From positions 9,079,245 to 9,143,244 of the forward strand of contig OZ199838.1 in assembly GCA_964304625.1 (NCBI GenBank): a DNA stretch of 64,000 nt, read 5' to 3'. A model generated the notes under the pieces. It worked only from the letters and a program-made list of their open reading frames with translations. It was not told the DNA's origin and did no database searches. This stretch comes from Kudoa neothunni (taxonomy: Eukaryota; Animalia; Cnidaria). Shown here piece after piece: positions 40,997 through 54,137 of this stretch. The stretch's first letter is position 1. Every line of letters starts with the position of its first letter. Made by a program: the position numbers and the translations under genes.

Positions 40997-42697
40997 TTAT
41001 TCTTCACAACTGTCTTCAAGATTCCAAGTGCAAATGAATTTGTTAGAAATACGACCAACTTGAGCAATAATAGGGTCGTCATCAATTGAAGGGTCTGACT
41101 CGGTAACATAAATCTCCTAGAAAAACATACACACATTACGCTTAGCTGAGCATAATTGGAAAATGACACGACCAATTTTAACAGTTCAAATACAATTAAT
41201 GAGTCAAAAAGTTTAATCATTTTGTGTCAATATGATTTTTTTAACTAGAAATCAACGACATACCTGTAAAAAGCAATTTTTCATAGCATCATCCACAGCA
41301 TAGATTTCGTTTCCGATTCTCAATCTAACCAACCGATAAAATGAGAGAAAATCAATCAATCGATTACCTAACTTGTCCTGATTCAGTGAGTTCTAGAAAT
41401 CCACTGACAGAATTTGAAGAGTCATTATCATTTGTAAAATATGGATTATCAATGTTATTATTATTGAAATCAAACTAAATGCACAAAATGTATTCGGTAT
41501 TATTTTAAAACATGATACCTCGTCTTCGGAGTTCATATTTTGATTACTAACTTGATTTGGAGGATCAATATCTTTGTTGGAAATAGTTGAATAACAAGCG
41601 GGTATTTGAAATAGGAAATAGTTGTCTTTAGAAGGTGTTTGATTCTAACGGGAATATCAATCAGGTATTGGTAAAATGAGTCCAACCGAATTATTATCCA
41701 TCATTATAGAAAAACATTCAGAACAGTTCGAATTAGTTGAAGTTCTAAAATCGCTTTCGGATTTTAAGACCGATTTATCATCTTCAATGCCGTCATTTTC
41801 TACACAAATCGAATAACAATAAGTCAACCAACTTCAATCGTGGTACCATAAATGATGGCGTTGAGTTTTGTAGTAAGAGGCAGAGCAACCGGAAAATATT
41901 CTCCAAACTCCTGAATAATATTGGCCAATTCCTTAATTGAAAAATAATTAGATTTAGCTAATTTAGGTAATGGTAATAGAACAGCTTATTGTTAATACTT
42001 TTGGTTCTTCAATATCAACGATCTCAATAGGTTGTATATGTTCTTGTTTTCTAAAGTTATAATTAAAAAGTGTTAGTGGTACTTATTGTGGAGCACAGTT
42101 GATCATCTTTTGTGGTGCTTCTAGTGGAGGTTCTCCTAACAGATTTAGACAGTGATGAGTCGGGTTTGGAGTCAGTGTTCAATTCGGTTTGGAAACCATC
42201 AGAAAACAATCCTTTAGTGGACATGATTTTAACATTTGGTTGGCGTTTTTTTGTTTGTTTCCTAGTTTTGGTTAGATCCAAGTTTTTTTTATTGTTCTAC
42301 ACAAAGTTAGATTACACGTTTCATTATTTCTAAGCGAACCTTTGCCTTTATATCTCCCACATCGATATCTTCTAGCACACTAGATTTAATAACATAAAAT
42401 AAATAAATAAAAACCACATTACAATACATAGGTTCAAGTTTCACATTCACACGAGGGAGTAACGGTAAATTTGGTACGTGTTTTCTCTACATAATAAATC
42501 CTACTTAACTAATACATTCAATAGAAATTACCTTTTTGATGGGGTTAATTTCTTCGTTTGGTTTTCTAGCAAAAAAATAATGCAATTCACTACTAGTTAA
42601 AACTGTAGATGAATAAACTTTGTGTTAGATTTTTCTAAATAAAAAGTGTTAAAAAATACAATAACTTAGGGGCTTGAAATTTAATACTTGATTCCAT
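40997..42697 (-). CDS. POLR3D: RNA polymerase III subunit RPC4 (C53), about 12 exons
   Basis: The spliced C-terminus YFLFQIP...SVSGFLELTESGQVRLRIGNEIYAVDDAMKNCFLQEIYV...IAQVGRISNKFICTWNLE matches the RPC4 domain pattern (FLQLP...GKL...SGRVQL.LG...FLQE...LG.V..K.V.P). The first exon (ATG at 42697) is inferred. Confidence 0.85.
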
Positions 42698-42764
42698 TTT
42701 TCGAACGGGAGCAAGTAAAAGCAAGGCGCTTTATCAAATCAACAATCTCATGCGCATGCGAATA
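42698..42764. promoter_or_regulatory. Minimal bidirectional spacer/promoter between POLR3D and TAF2 with an NRF1-like TGCGCATGCG palindrome
   Basis: Lies between the divergent ATGs; motif at 42751-42760. Confidence 0.55.
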
Positions 42765-45700
42765 ATGGAACAAGAATCATTAAGGGATATACTAAAATTC
42801 ACCTCTAAAGAACCATATCAAGTGACCAAAGGCTATCTCAAGGTTGATAATGTGGATTTTGAGAGTGGGAAAGTTGTAGGAAATGTTAGCTACGATGTTA
42901 CACTATTTGAAAACTATAAAGGTGAATTATATTTATCTTTGGCAAACTATTGTACAACGATTGAAAATGTGTCAGTTTTGAATCCAATCAACAACAGATT
43001 TGTGCCGGTGGAATATAAATTTATAAAAAATGAACGAAAAAGCGAATTGTTATCCGCCTATTTTTCCAATGTTGATGTTGATCCACTCGACACAAATATC
43101 AATAGTGAGCACAATGGTTATAATGTGCTGGCCGATGAGGAACTGTCAAACACTGTCCTACCTATTTCCACTATAAGATCTAGTGATAATACACAAAGAG
43201 AGTTGATTGGAGATATCAAAATTATAATATCCAATGAATATGGTCAAAAGAATGAAGTAAAAAAATTGATTTTCAACTTTAAAATCGATTTCATTCACAC
43301 TTTTGAAAATGAAGAATCAGATGATTTGTATGAGAAAATATTTTTTTCGCCACATTGCCAAAATTTTCCGTCCGGTGGATCTAATTTTTGTGATTGGTTC
43401 CCTTGCTTTAATAAAAGTTTTCACAGTTGCCCCTGGTCAATACAAATAACCACCAAACGTTACAATAAACTGGCTGTGTCTGGGGTGTTGAAACAAACCA
43501 CCACTTTAACACATGATGATGATGGTGGTGGCAATGACGATTTGGTTGTTTATGAGTATGAAATTGACAATTGTGTGAGACCTGGAAACGTTGGAATAAT
43601 GGTTGGCGAATTATCTGAGATTGAATTCGACAGTCAAATGTATGACCGAGTTAAGGCGTACTGTCCAGCTAATTTTGAAATGTTGACCAAGGAGTCACTT
43701 TTTCAAGTGTCCAACTTTATCAGATACTATGAGGATTCGTTGGAGTTGAAGTATCCATTCGAAAAACTTCAACTTGTCTTTACTAGTGTCACGTCAATAG
43801 TTCCGGCGGTGTTTTATGGTGTCGTGGTACTGAATACTTGCCACCTGTGTCCAACGAATGCACCCAACCAAGTCTATAACAACTACAAACTTTTCAGCAT
43901 GATTCTTGCTGAGTGTTGGTTTGGTTGTTATTTTACACCGAGGTTTATGACAGATGTGTGGCTATTGATTGGGAGTGTGCATGAGGTGATAGAGGCTCAT
44001 TTCACATCGTAATTGCAATTTTTTGTTTAATTCACTAACTTACATAAAGATATTTGGGTGTGAGTGAAGCAAAACGCTTTCTATTTGATTGTTCCCAAAA
44101 TATGATACCCCGGGATTCAAAAAACGCGCCCACCAACAAGGAGTTTATGCTTTGTCCGCTTATTGAATGCATCAACGAACTGAAAAATTCACAAGCGTCC
44201 AAACCAAAAATTAAGAAGGATCTGCTTGAAGTTTATCGAAATTGGTTGAACATTTCCCATCTCAACACTGTTTCATCCCGAGGTAATTATAAATATTGAA
44301 ATTTTATATATGAAACTATTTTTTTCATTCATTGTTGTCTAAAATTTCAATAGTCAATTGATCAAATTAAATTTATTTGATGGGTACATTATTTTTATTT
44401 AATTATTTAATAACTTAATTGAAGGAGTAAAAATATTTTTCTTAAAAAGATCTGCTTTAAGTTTTATTTGCGCTTACTTATAAAAAAGATTATATTTTAT
44501 CATATTTATTTTTATTAGGATTTATCGTATTTAATTTGTCGTATTAAAAAGAATTCGCTATTTTAATCAATACCCAATTTCAATAATCGACATTCCAGTT
44601 TAAATAATGAAATTGAAACTTATTGTTGTTTCGAAGTTTCTATTGGCGCTTTAAATTCAAAAAATTTAAAAATGTTCGCGCGTGCGTGTTTGAATTTGTT
44701 AATTACAGAAACTCTTACTTACACGCTGTTTACAGATTTTATTTTTTCTAGTCCGCTATATTTAATTATTTTATGGCTAACGCTTTGATCTTAGGCGGTA
44801 GAAATAATAAAATATATTTTGAATTTATCCCATAGGAATATTCTGATCGGTAATAATAGACTTTTTTGGACTATGTTAAATTAAAAAAAATTCTGATATG
44901 TGCCATCTTTGGTGTAGTTTTACTGTTAAAATTATGGTGTGGTTAATTTTATTGATTAATTTTTACCAGGCCTTGCATTTTTCGATGTTTATTTTTGAAA
45001 TCGGCCATTGCTACAGATCCGTAAAATCCGCGTGTATGGGCTGCCTACCTACTGCTACGGGAGAAAATAACTCCAAATCTAATAATTAATATAAAAATAT
45101 ATCCCAATTTTGTTTCCCTCGCTCTAACGTTTTCATGTATTTTTAAAGAGCGCGTACGTACTAACTGAATTTCAGATTAATTTTCTCGTTAGTGTTTGAC
45201 AGCTTTTCATATCTAAACATAATTATATGTATATATAGTCGAACCTCGATTATCAGGAAATCGCACTATCCAGAAGATATTTTACACTTTATTTGTATTT
45301 TGTTGAAATTGCGTGTCAAGAAATGTTCGATTATCTGAAACAACAATTTAATCTGAATTCCTGACAAAAGTGTCACCCATCACCGTACGACGTATACAAT
45401 GTAGCGTATGAACCAGGAGTGGCCAAACCATGGCTCGCTAGCCATATATGGCTCTTGAAAAAATTTTTTTTTAATTTTTTGTAATTCAAGCAACGCATTA
45501 ATTAAGAACAACACAAAGTTTAAACTATTTAATCAAGAGAAGAAATTAAATCTAATCGTAAACTAGATAATATTTTTGATTAGAAAACATAGTTAAAAAC
45601 CACCATACAGCTTTAATATTTGATGCAAATTAGAATTATTACTAGTTTCATTAGGAAATATATTTAGAACTAATATTTATCCATTATCAAAATGATAGGT

Positions 45701-48700
45701 ATCGAAAGAATAAAACATTCATTTAAGCTTTAAACATAATTCATAATCCCAACTCACCAAGCGAATTGTGGAAATGCGTTCTAGAAACAAAATATTCAAA
45801 GTTAAAAGAAATTCGCCTCAAACTTGTTTCTATCTTTGGAGCAACTTATTGTTGTGAGTCTATTTATTCAACGATGAAGTTTGTAAAATCGAGACATAGG
45901 GGATCCTCCTTAACAAACAAACACCTGATGGAACTAATTCGTACAGCGTTAACAGCATACGAACCGGATTACCGTCAGCTCACGAATAATGCGGAAATAT
46001 AAAAAATTTGTAACATTCGAAACAATTCCTAAAAAAAATCCGAAAGCATTAGATTCTTGTGTTATTACTTTTCTCGTAAATATTTTATTTTGTTTTTTGT
46101 CGGACTGTCGTACTTGATTAAATATGAAAAATATTTTATTATTTTTGCGACCTTTTTCATAGAGGAAAAGTTTCTTGGATCATTAACTGCAAATTTATTT
46201 TTTTGAAAAACCAACATAAATTATACCTAGAAAAATTATAAGAAATTTTTCCAGCGATTAACTGAATTAGAAACAATTAAAAACCCTTTATTTATAATTC
46301 TACATCATTGTATCTTAATATTTACCAAAAATGTAAGTTTTAAATAAGTGAGATACATTAATGATTTTAATGCCTTGTGGCTTTTGAAAATTTGGGCAAC
46401 CTTAAAGTTGACACCCGATCTGAGAATGTTTGGCCACCCCTGGTATATACCAATGCAATATTCTAAGCAAAAATGTTTCTAGGTTACTTATTTAAAAATT
46501 CTCCATTAAAACGTGAGTTGAGCATTCAATTCAATTATAAATTTGTACTATATCTGAGCATATGCCTGTATGTATATTAAACAAAAATTAATTACCCATT
46601 ATTTAAAAAAGTAGGTTACTCCTCTGTAGACGAGCAAAAACAGCCGTACTTATGTACTGTTTTTCCTTCAAGTCTCCATATTCTTGGTTAATAGATATAT
46701 CAAAATTTTTAATTTAAAGGCAGAAGTTAAAGTATTTTACGTAATAAATAGTAAAAATTGTTTATAAATCAAGTATGCAGCCCCTTAAGTAGACAATTTT
46801 TTAAAAATGCTCGCCCATGTGACATTATTTATGTTCGATTAACCGGAATCTCGCTATGCGGAGAGAAAATCGCTGGTCCCTAATTTTTCGGATAATCAAG
46901 GTTGGACATTATACATATATGTATATATAAAATTAAATGATATTGAAATTTAAGAAAATAATTTAAATAATACTTTTGAGGGGATATGTGTGATGTTCTA
47001 AGCGGGGACAAATTCCACTTTCAGATAATTATTGAAAATATAGGCCAAAACATTTATAAAATCTTAACTTAAAAAACGTTGAAACTAAATAAAATTTAGT
47101 TATTAATAATATATAAGGTCATTTTTAGGAAAAAATGGTAAAATTGCGAGTCATGCAAGCCTAAATAATCATTGGTGAGTCGAAAAAAACCTTTACCTAA
47201 TAATGTTTTGGGTGAATACGTCGAAAATTCGATTCTTATAAATATTCGTCGAATTTAACAAATAGGAACGTCGATAATTGCAAGGTCTAATTTCAACCTA
47301 AGATGGGATGGTGTCCGCACGATCTCCATTTTCAGTCTTGAAAAATTCTATTAATAGGTTATCTTTGCAACCAAATTTTTACAACCACGCTAGATTTAGT
47401 TTTACTCCTTGTATTATACATATTTATGTGAATTATAACAATCTTAATTATATTTTAAAGCTTTTGAGACAAATAAAACGTAATATTTTAATTCTCTGTT
47501 TATAATTAACACCGAATGTCTTTTTTTACATATTGGTTCTCTGCGTTTATATCTGTGATTAGAAAATTCTCATATCTGTATTCAATTTAATATTAATATC
47601 TTGTAGAATAAACCTGACTATTTTGAATGAAATCAGATTAATTATTTATTGATTTGTGTTAAATTTGATCGAAATTTTAGAAGGGTGGCAAAGTTTTTGC
47701 TCACGATCATGGTTCGTTATACGTTATTTGGTGACACATCAAATAAAAAATACGTTTAAGATCTTTTTCAAGCAGAAATTCTTGCAGAATTCTAAGGAGT
47801 AATAATTTGTTTCTGAAATTAATGTATTAATCATATAATCCTTGTTAGTCCTAAACAAGGCCATTTGACCATTGATTCGAACGAGTTTATACAATTTTTT
47901 ACAAATGTCAAAGGCGTTGACGATAAAGAAACCTATTTTATAGGCACAGAGCTTCTCAAACGCAACAAACTGCTATCGCTGTCAATGACGAATGCATATA
48001 ATAAAAAGAAACATTCTATTGATTTTTTCATCACTTCCAACGACGATAGTAATCGTATCGACCTAAAAATGTTACCAAGTACGATAAAAGTATTCGTGAA
48101 GGAATATCGTCACGAAGAAATTCATACCATCGAAGTAGATCGATAACTGTTTATTTGACACATCAACAAAGCTTTTTTCAATAGCTTGAATCGATCGCTG
48201 GTTTAACCACCCCTTCGTTTCCAGGAAAAATTTGTGTAAAAGGGGAAACCAACTGTCGTGGAAGCAAAGTTAGACGCTCCTATAAAAGGCGCTTCATTGC
48301 CAATGACGATCCTCCGACAAAAAGTGATTCTAGCAAACGCCATCCTCATTTAGAATGTATTTTATCGTTTTGTGAACTTATCGTAACCGTAATATTTTCA
48401 TTAGATTTGGTAGATGATTGTGTCATGTTTATTATGCCGGATCCAACTTTCTGCGATATTTATGGAAAAATACGAATAATTCAAACTGAATTCTGTTGGC
48501 TTCAACAGTTGGAGCACAGTCAAGATCCTTTGTTTCAAATAATTGCAGCTAGAGTATATTTTATAAAATTTGCGGGTTCATAATTTTACTTTTTGTTAGG
48601 AGTTGTGCCGCTTTTCCTCAGTTGAAACACTCAAAATACTTGAATCAGTGGTGAAAATAAAACGTTGTTATTATGGAGCTAGAAAAGAATGTTTTACTAG

Positions 48701-50532
48701 TGTGGTGCACATTTTGAACAATTTTGTGTCTCAAGAAAGATGCGTCATGCTACGTCCATATTACCCTGCTGAATTGTACAAATCTGCATTTGGAATCAAG
48801 TCCGATCATGATTTGAGTCATCCTGCAGTATTCGCCAATATACCCGATTATTTGCTTCGAATAGCTGTGATCAAATCCATGAAAAAATTAAATCCTCCCA
48901 GAGGCCCTCTTTCCAATGTGGAGTGTCTCTTGAACACCAAAAACTTGCTCTATCGATTATGGAAGTCTAAATCCAGCATCTCCAATGTGTTTTTAGATTG
49001 TTGCTATCGCGGCGAAATCCTAAAATCGTTGGGGCGTTTGTTGTTCACCCTCAAATCAAAAGGTAACTCTATACGATTGGATTTTGTATCCAACTTTGTG
49101 ATAATTCATGCAATTATTCCATATTTTCATAATAAATAATGTAATTTTCCAGAGATAAGTATATTTATTAATTTAAGTTTGCGTATTAACAGTTCTTTTA
49201 TTGATTATGAAGACAGTTGTATTTAATGTGAAGAATATTATCTTATTATGTGTAAATTTTTAGCTTGAATTTCCATAATAATTTTATAAGCATAGTTGAA
49301 ACAACTAATGAACTCATTGACTTTAATCTTCAAACATTTTTGTCTTAATTTCCGAATTATAATCAATACGACGTTTAAATCTAAAACTATAAGATTTTGT
49401 TTATTTATCTTATTTTGCAAAAATTTTTTATATTTAATCGGTGTATTGTTGCCACATTCATGCGACTAGAAATTTCGAAACAAAAATTGTATTTTCCTGC
49501 AGAGGTAGCATTGATAGAGTCAGGGTTAAGTCCTACTCTTCACCTGGGCATTTATTTAAAAATTTAATGAATATAATACAAATTTTACTTAATTATGTTA
49601 TTTATTAAATAATATTAATATCTTAAAATGCTTGATTATTTATGAAGATTGACGTGTGAAATTTTTCTGTAATATGACACACTATTATAATCACCCCAAT
49701 TTAGGTGTTCCCGTCATTAAATACATTGAATTGATATTAAGTGAATCAATCGACGTCCTGAATGAAGAGGTGGTGAAACCTAGCTACCATTATTGCCTCA
49801 CTAAGGCTGCAATCAAGTGTATCTATATAGTGAATCAATGTGAGCCAATTAATCAAAGCGATGAGTTATTTGTATATTATGCTCAACGAGGAATCAATGA
49901 CAATATAAGATGTTCAGCGATAAAGTGCCTAGTGAAATCACTTCAACATGTGCACAGTCAAACCTATAACACCATCAACAACCTTGTAAATATTATTCTT
50001 TTTGAGAGATCTATGTTGATCAAAGAAACTGTCTTGTTTACTTTAATGAAATATCCTCCTACTAAGTGTCTAGTAAGTTTTCATCAAAACCAGCATCAAA
50101 CTATAATTTGTTAGGAGCCAAATGAATTTTTACCAAGAAATCATCTACTATCACGGTTCAATCAGATTTTCTATCACCATTATTTTTTGAAAGGTGGTTT
50201 CGGATTCAACAAGGCGTGTTGGAGCTGCTTCCAAAGTGTATATAGGATACTTTTTGGAGATACTACCGAAATCAAACGCCCACCAAGTAATGTTGTGGTT
50301 CTACCGAAAGTTCTTGTCCACCAATCGGTAAATTTTTAGTCTTTTTGTTATCTAATGAGCTGAAATTAAGATTGTATCGCATGAATCTCGGAAAAATGCT
50401 GAACTATCCGATGATCTATCCCTCTATTCTACAATAGAAAACAAATCTGGCACCGGTGCCGAAGTTCTCAAAACCATTGATGATGGACAAAAAATAAAGA
50501 TTGTTTTCAAAATTCGAGAACCAGATCCCTGA
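42765..50532 (+). CDS. TAF2: TFIID subunit 2 (M1 aminopeptidase-like fold)
   Basis: WFPC...CPW, RYYEDSLELKYPF...LVF, LAECWFG...DVWLLIG (no HExxH), YNKKKH, MPDP...QTEFCWLQQLEHSQDPLFQ and CYYGARKEC. Alternative in-frame ATGs at 42750 and 42756; stop TGA at 50530-50532; TE-filled intron at about 44283-47680. Confidence 0.88.
45236..46909. mobile_element. Tigger-like MITE, middle layer
   Basis: TAGTCGAACCTCGATTATC...GATAATCAAGGTTGGAC inverted termini in TA-rich flanks. Confidence 0.7.
45414..46442 (+). mobile_element. hAT element with transposase C-terminal dimerisation remnant, inner layer
   Basis: Termini CAGGAGTGGCCAAAC / GTTTGGCCACCCCTG; flanks GTATGAAC / GTATATAC; ORF 45766-46002 IFGATYCCESIYSTMKFVKSRHR..LTNKHL. 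Confidence 0.9.
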
Positions 50533-51068
50533 TTTTTTTTACCTGTCATTAATGTATTTATTAATATTGAGATTTGAAACCTTTCACTTTATATTGTGTC
50601 GTCAAATACTTTCATTTTTCTGGTTCAAATACAGTTGAGATTCTATATTTTGTAATTTCATAGGAAGAACAAAAATTACACAATATTAGGTGCAAAGGCA
50701 CATAAAACAATATTTTTCAATTAATAAATTATTAGATGAAAATCTTTAAATTTAATTTCTACGTATTTTCATAGTAGAATCTTAAATTACATAATATCAA
50801 ATCCCTATTGTATATTGTTTGTGTCATATACTGATATGTATTTCCTGATATTTTTACATCATTATTTTTAAAATTATAAGATAAAAATTTATTCATTAAA
50901 ATACCTTAGTTATCAAATGGTGTCATTATTCGACAGTTAATTGAATTAAATCAGTTAATATTTCTTTATGGCTTATCTATTGTATTGGATTTATTAGTTA
51001 TTAAAACTTTGTATATAAAACATATACAATAAATTCATGTTGTTAACATACGAAAATTTAACGAATTA

Positions 51069-53006
51069 CAGTCGATAATGGATATTGCGTGGGTTTCTGG
51101 GACCAGCAAAAAATCACGCAATAAAAGTTATTACGCAATACCAAGTTTCATTCGTGTGAGTCACACCGTAAAATACGATTTTCTTGTGCTAATAGTTGAT
51201 GATTATTCCTACAAACAAACGAAGTTTAAACACAGATAACATAGAGTTCAATTAAGGGAGAGTTATTAAATTTTGTCAAAAACTTTTGTGATTTTTGTGT
51301 CGAAATATTTCTATTGATATTTTTTAAATTCTGTCCGCTATGGAATATAAATCAAACAATCCAGATGGAGCCCCATGAATTAAAACTTTCATTAAAATGT
51401 CAACTATATTTTTTATTTATTTGATTAAAATTTTGACTTCTTTAATAATTAGTTCGATATCATCAGATTAACCATTGTGGGAAATAAGTCCGCATGATTT
51501 TGCTTCTTACATGTTGCAGAATTATCATCGCCAAATTTATTTTCGTAAACTTCGAATTCAATTAAAAAGATTAATTATGTATACATATAATAATGCTTTG
51601 TGAACCGTTTCTGACTTGGGATATCTTTCTTAAATCTTCTTGTTCTATATATTGATATAACTTTTTTATTACAGTTTTATATATTATTACCAAAAATTTT
51701 TGATTCTTAAAACAATTAAATATAATTTCTGATATAATACTCTCCCAAAATTTAATTAATGGCATGATTGAGTTTAGTAACGTTTATTTTTCAATGATAA
51801 AAGCTTCACATAAAACCGTGTGCTTTGTCATTGTATTCCTGCTCTACTTTTAATGCATTAGATGATACCTAAATTAAGGTTTGTAAAATATTAGTTTTTT
51901 TTGGTAGGAAAAAAAATATCGATATTTTAAAAAAATCAATATTTTTGGGTTGAAGAGGATATTGATCCAACAAAATTTAAACTTTTCTGTTCTCATCTCT
52001 CATTCTTTGATTCAACTTTCTAATTATGTTTATAAATCTACTGCACATAATCTTTGTGTTTGTTGAATAATATTCACGCGGTAAATGTTTAAATCAGTTA
52101 AAACACCCAGGATTTGTAAATTTACTAATTAAAACAGATGGAAGTTTACCCCTATTTAAAAAAAGCGACAGTAAAACATTTATTCTTTGTTGGATATTTT
52201 TCGCCTTATATTCCTATTTTATCCTTTAAAACATAATAAATGTTTTGTAACTGCTCATAAAAGAAGGGCATTTTCATCAATGTTTATAACGTCTTTAGGA
52301 TTATACACCTAAACCAAAGTAGTGTTGTCAACAGGTGAAATATCTGTATGCACAACCTCACCACAAAACATTTTGAAAGCTATCCCATATTTTGACGTGG
52401 ACTCTGAAAACTACCCTTAACTAGACTTTAAATTTGAAATTTCTTTTTTATTTGCAATATATAAAGCAATTTTGAGAATAACGCATATCAGCAGAACATT
52501 ATCATTCGACCATTGTTTAACGATCCAATCATACAGCTCACCATCTATATTTTTAATTTCCCCGAATAATATGTCCTCCTTTTGGTTTTAATATCCGTAT
52601 TGTTGAATTTATCTTCGTGTGAACGAATTCTATCAATTTTTAAATGACCTTAAACGTGAAAATGTATTAATATTCAACATAGATCACCGTATCACTCAAT
52701 TTAAACCTAGAAATTGTCACCTTTTCGACGACTTTCAATATTTTTATCGAATTATAACAATCAATGATTTCTCTTTTCTCTTAACTATTACATTTTTAAC
52801 GGGACATAACGAAGAAAACACTTCTACTTTTAAATGGATGGATTACTAAAACCACGGAATATCGAGACTTTGTATATACAAAAAATCTTTTGTAATGTTA
52901 ACAATGTTTACAAAATGATAAAATATTAACAATAAAAAAAACTAGGTTTCTCTCTAAAAAGAATAATGTCGAAATTTCGGAATTACGCAATATCCAATAT
53001 CGACTG
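51069..53006 (-). mobile_element. Near full-length dead pogo/Tigger transposon
   Basis: TA|CAGTCGATAATGGATATTGCGT...ACGCAATATCCAATATCGACTG|TA. Minus-strand remnants IDGELYDWI...KSS*G*F...YGI....CGE...YNPKDVINIDENAL. Confidence 0.9.
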
Positions 53007-53052
53007 TATTCCATCAACCCTCTAAGCTAACGAAAAATTCCATCCTCTAACG

Positions 53053-53554
53053 CAGGGGTTGGGAACCTATGGTTCGCAGACAAATGTGCAATTTAGAAAA
53101 TTGTTTCGCGAAATCCTTTGTGCATACGCGAAACGATTACTACGGAAAGTCAGTTACTTACTGTATCATACACTGCAACACGCGAGTATTGCTGTGATGA
53201 CAATGTTAGTCTATGTATGTATGTGAGCAGCCCTCCTATATTTAAAAGACATTAAGACCAAACTACAGTCACGGTTAACGGATGGAAGTTACAAGGCTGG
53301 AATGAAGCCTAATTTTACCACGCATCGACTAGACTACAAAGCCATCTGCAAAACCATACAGAGCCCAAAGTCGCATTGATGAAGAGAAATATTCTTCATT
53401 GATTGGTAATAGTGTAAAAATGTTATTAAGAAGAATTAAGTGACTTGTTTTACATTGAATGCAAGAATTATATTAAACGCGAACAGGTTCTTCAATATTT
53501 AGTTTTAAAATATGTTGTATGGCTCTCTCACCAAAAAAACGTTCTTGAGCTCTA
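53053..53554 (+). mobile_element. hAT MITE with an exact 8-bp TSD
   Basis: CTCTAACG on both sides; left terminus CAGGGGTTGGGAACCTATGG; internal transposase tail YVCEQ...IKTKLQSRLTDGS...DYKAICKTIQSPKSH*. Confidence 0.9.
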
Positions 53555-54137
53555 CTCTAACGTTAGGGGCTTTGGGTGATAAATATCTCAAGCTTTTTTT
53601 TCTTAAATTTAATAAAAAAATAATTTTTTAATTTACTTGAGAATTTTTAGTAGATTCTATCGATAGAATTTGGACTATATTTACATTTATTACAAAACTT
53701 AATCTGGTTTGGCTAAATAATCGTGGGTTATTTTCCACAAATGATAAGGTCTTGCGTTAACTAGTGTAAAAAATAAGTTTTATCTAACTCAAAACTAAGG
53801 GAATGGATACCATCAACAAATTCACCGAAAGCACTCATCATAATTCACCCATCAGAATGGTTCAATTAGTTCAAGCTTCTTGCTGAAATAATCCCATTTT
53901 TCTACATAACCCAAATTGGCGCATAGTTAAAATAAAATCTCCGAGGAAATATTCTTAAACATTATAATTCAAAAATAAACCCTGATATATCTGACAAAAT
54001 CGATGTTTCTCCATCCATCTGATAGGAGAACCTCAATATTATACCAACGGAAACTTTCGAGCGATCGACGAAGAATTCCGCATTGGATTGGGTGAGATAC
54101 TAGTTGCAGGTTTTCTTGGAAATATCTTGTGGGCTGT

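Larger units (their letters stand above)
44967..47289. mobile_element. hAT element, outer layer of the nest in the TAF2 intron
   Basis: Termini CAGGCCTTGCATTTTTCGATG / CGTCGATAATTGCAAGGTCTA. Flanks ATTTTTAC / ATTTCAAC (6/8 match). Confidence 0.7.

Noticed and set aside
41117-41263. Intronic snoRNA in the 147-nt last POLR3D intron
   Set aside because: A hairpin and an H-box-like ACAAAA are present, but there is no terminal ACA box or C/D pair.
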